From: an uncultured Candidatus Rokubacteria bacterium
GTDB lineage: Bacteria; Methylomirabilota; Methylomirabilia; Rokubacteriales; CSP1-6
DNA length: 64,000 nucleotides
Assembly: GCA_963747235.1 (NCBI GenBank)
Contig: CAVVEU010000040.1
Coordinates: forward strand, 384,001-448,000
Direction of reading: 5' to 3'
Shown: positions 62,527 to 64,000 of the stretch, in pieces
How positions within the stretch are numbered: the first letter of the stretch is position 1
Layout of the letters: the number at the start of each line of letters is the position of its first letter
Program-made: the position numbers and the translations under genes
The notes under the pieces: model-generated
Database searches by the model: none
Told to the model about the DNA's origin: nothing
What the model saw: the letters and a program-made list of their open reading frames with translations, nothing else

Positions 62527-64000
62527 TCATGGGGCGGCATCAACCCGGAACTGCGCGGTCGCCACTTCCGGGCCGACGAGGTTGTCGCCCAGGGCCAGCG
62601 CCACCAGGGCCGTGTAGGCGCCCGGCCTGAGCCGGCCCTTGAGATCCACGATCAGGCGATGGGCCTGCACGTCGCGGGACACCCCGGCGGCGGCCACCGT
62701 GCCGTCGGCGCCCAGGATCACGTAGCGGCAGGCGGGCAGATCGGGGCGCTCCTCCTCGCCGCGGGAGCCCAGCGGCTCGCGGACGAGGCGGTACTCCCGG
62801 AGGAACTTCTCCAGCCGCTCGATCTCCGGCACGATCTCGAGGCGGTCGCCCCGCGCGGTGATGCGCGTAACGTAGGCACGCCGCGGGATCGCGAAGCGAT
62901 CGTAGCTGCCGACGCCGAGCGGGTTGTTCATGTCCCGGAAGACGCCGAGCACGACCGCCCCGTCGGTCCACTTCTCGAGCTGGTAGGGCCCGTTCGTGAC
63001 CAGGTAGTGCCCCCGGCGCTGGGCGAACTGGCGGAGCGCGGCCCAGCGGGCCTGCGCCTCGTCGGCCGCCACCAGCCGCTTGAGCGCCTCCGGGACGTAG
63101 TTCTGGCGCGCGAGGCCGTCCAGGATCGCGCCGAGCTCCTCGCGCGTCTTCGGGTCGCGCGCGAGATCGAGCCAGCGCACCCCGCGCCGGCGCGCCTCGG
63201 CCGCCGAGAACGCGCCGACGCCCCGCTTGACCGCTTCCTCCATCAGCACCATCACGTGCCAGGGCGTGGCGCTCCAGGGCGGCGCCAGCGCGGCCAGCTC
63301 CGCGGTGTCCGCGGTGGCCGCGTTGAGGTAGACCTCCACCACCGGCACCACGTAGGTGAACGTGATGTCGCTGTAGCGCCGCACCTCGCTGTCCACCTTC
63401 ACCAGCCGCACGCCGACGAGGGCCTGGCGCGCGGTCTCGGTGGCCGCCTCGACCGCGGGATCGTGCTCGACGTGGCCGGGCGCGCGCCGGGCGCTCCAGC
63501 GCGCGGCGAAGATGTACGGATAGAGCGCGTCGGCGGCCGAGACGCGCGTGTTGTCGTGGGCCGCCGAGCCCCAGAGGCGATAGGTCACGCGGGCCTTCGC
63601 GGTCTTCCCCTTCCCCACCGGCAGCAGCGCGCCGGTCCCGGCCTCCGGCAGCAGCGCGTCCTCGGGGATCTCGAAGCCCGACGGGCCCGCCACCGCGACC
63701 TGGGCGGGCACCGCGCGATGGGGAATGAACCCGGCCGCGTAGGGGGCCGGGATCAGGCCGGGATCGCCGACCGCGGCCCAGAGCAGCCGCCCGGGCGCGT
63801 CGGTGAAGCCCGCGACCGGATTCCAGGCCGCGGTGGCGCGCCCGGCCACGCCGACCTTGAGCCACCCGTTCCACGGAAAATCCTTGAGCTTGGCGGTGCG
63901 CACGAAGATCTCGGAGTTGAAGCCCCGCTGGGAATCCCAGCCGATGTTCTCGATGCCCTGCGAGAACTCCGAGTTGAAGGGCTCGCGCCGCACCGTGTAG
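62527..64000 (-). CDS. Large hypothetical protein, possibly a divergent solute-binding protein (5' end off window)
   Basis: Long ORF directly upstream of livH. WNPVAGFTD, TNGPY.L segments resemble family-5 SBP motifs (weak). Confidence 0.55.
   Translation of the reverse strand, partial: YTVRREPFNSEFSQGIENIGWDSQRGFNSEIFVRTAKLKDFPWNGWLKVGVAGRATAAWNPVAGFTDAPGRLLWAAVGDPGLIPAPYAAGFIPHRAVPAQVAVAGPSGFEIPEDALLPEAGTGALLPVGKGKTAKARVTYRLWGSAAHDNTRVSAADALYPYIFAARWSARRAPGHVEHDPAVEAATETARQALVGVRLVKVDSEVRRYSDITFTYVVPVVEVYLNAATADTAELAALAPPWSATPWHVMVLMEEAVKRGVGAFSAAEARRRGVRWLDLARDPKTREELGAILDGLARQNYVPEALKRLVAADEAQARWAALRQFAQRRGHYLVTNGPYQLEKWTDGAVVLGVFRDMNNPLGVGSYDRFAIPRRAYVTRITARGDRLEIVPEIERLEKFLREYRLVREPLGSRGEEERPDLPACRYVILGADGTVAAAGVSRDVQAHRLIVDLKGRLRPGAYTALVALALGDNLVGPEVATAQFRVDAAP

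Overview
A very GC-rich, gene-dense bacterial window. Gene content and repeat types suggest Candidatus Rokubacteria/Methylomirabilota or a similar soil lineage (inference only). Many genes are broken by single-base frameshifts, most likely long-read consensus errors, so CDS calls were stitched across frames by eye. Contents in order: a DUF748 protein; two beta-hydroxyacid dehydrogenases; an EamA transporter; a UGA-readthrough UGSC-type selenoprotein with a candidate SECIS and its partner gene; a gntK / RpiB-like-PGI fusion / zwf cluster; cupin-serA-hpnJ; a ~13 kb type II FAS/PKS-like lipid cluster (LpxL-type acyltransferase, 2 KS, 2 CLF-like, ACP, GT2-halogenase fusion, ABC exporter, ArnT-like GT, DedA); rnd; a 4xGAF kinase with a NarL regulator; ettA; two Liv-type ABC systems; fbp-fbaB; a c-type-heme nucleotide cyclase with a guanylyl-type specificity residue; an acyl-CoA synthetase; and a split cyclopropane-synthase operon interrupted by a geranylgeranyl-reductase-like gene. 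Two copies of a palindromic GGGGTCAGGTCTTGAA...TTCAAGACCTGACCCC element are present. No rRNA, tRNA, CRISPR array or transposase was seen. The best candidates for undescribed systems are the split Cfa + reductase operon, the halogenase-containing lipid cluster, the selenoprotein pair and the heme-c cyclase.
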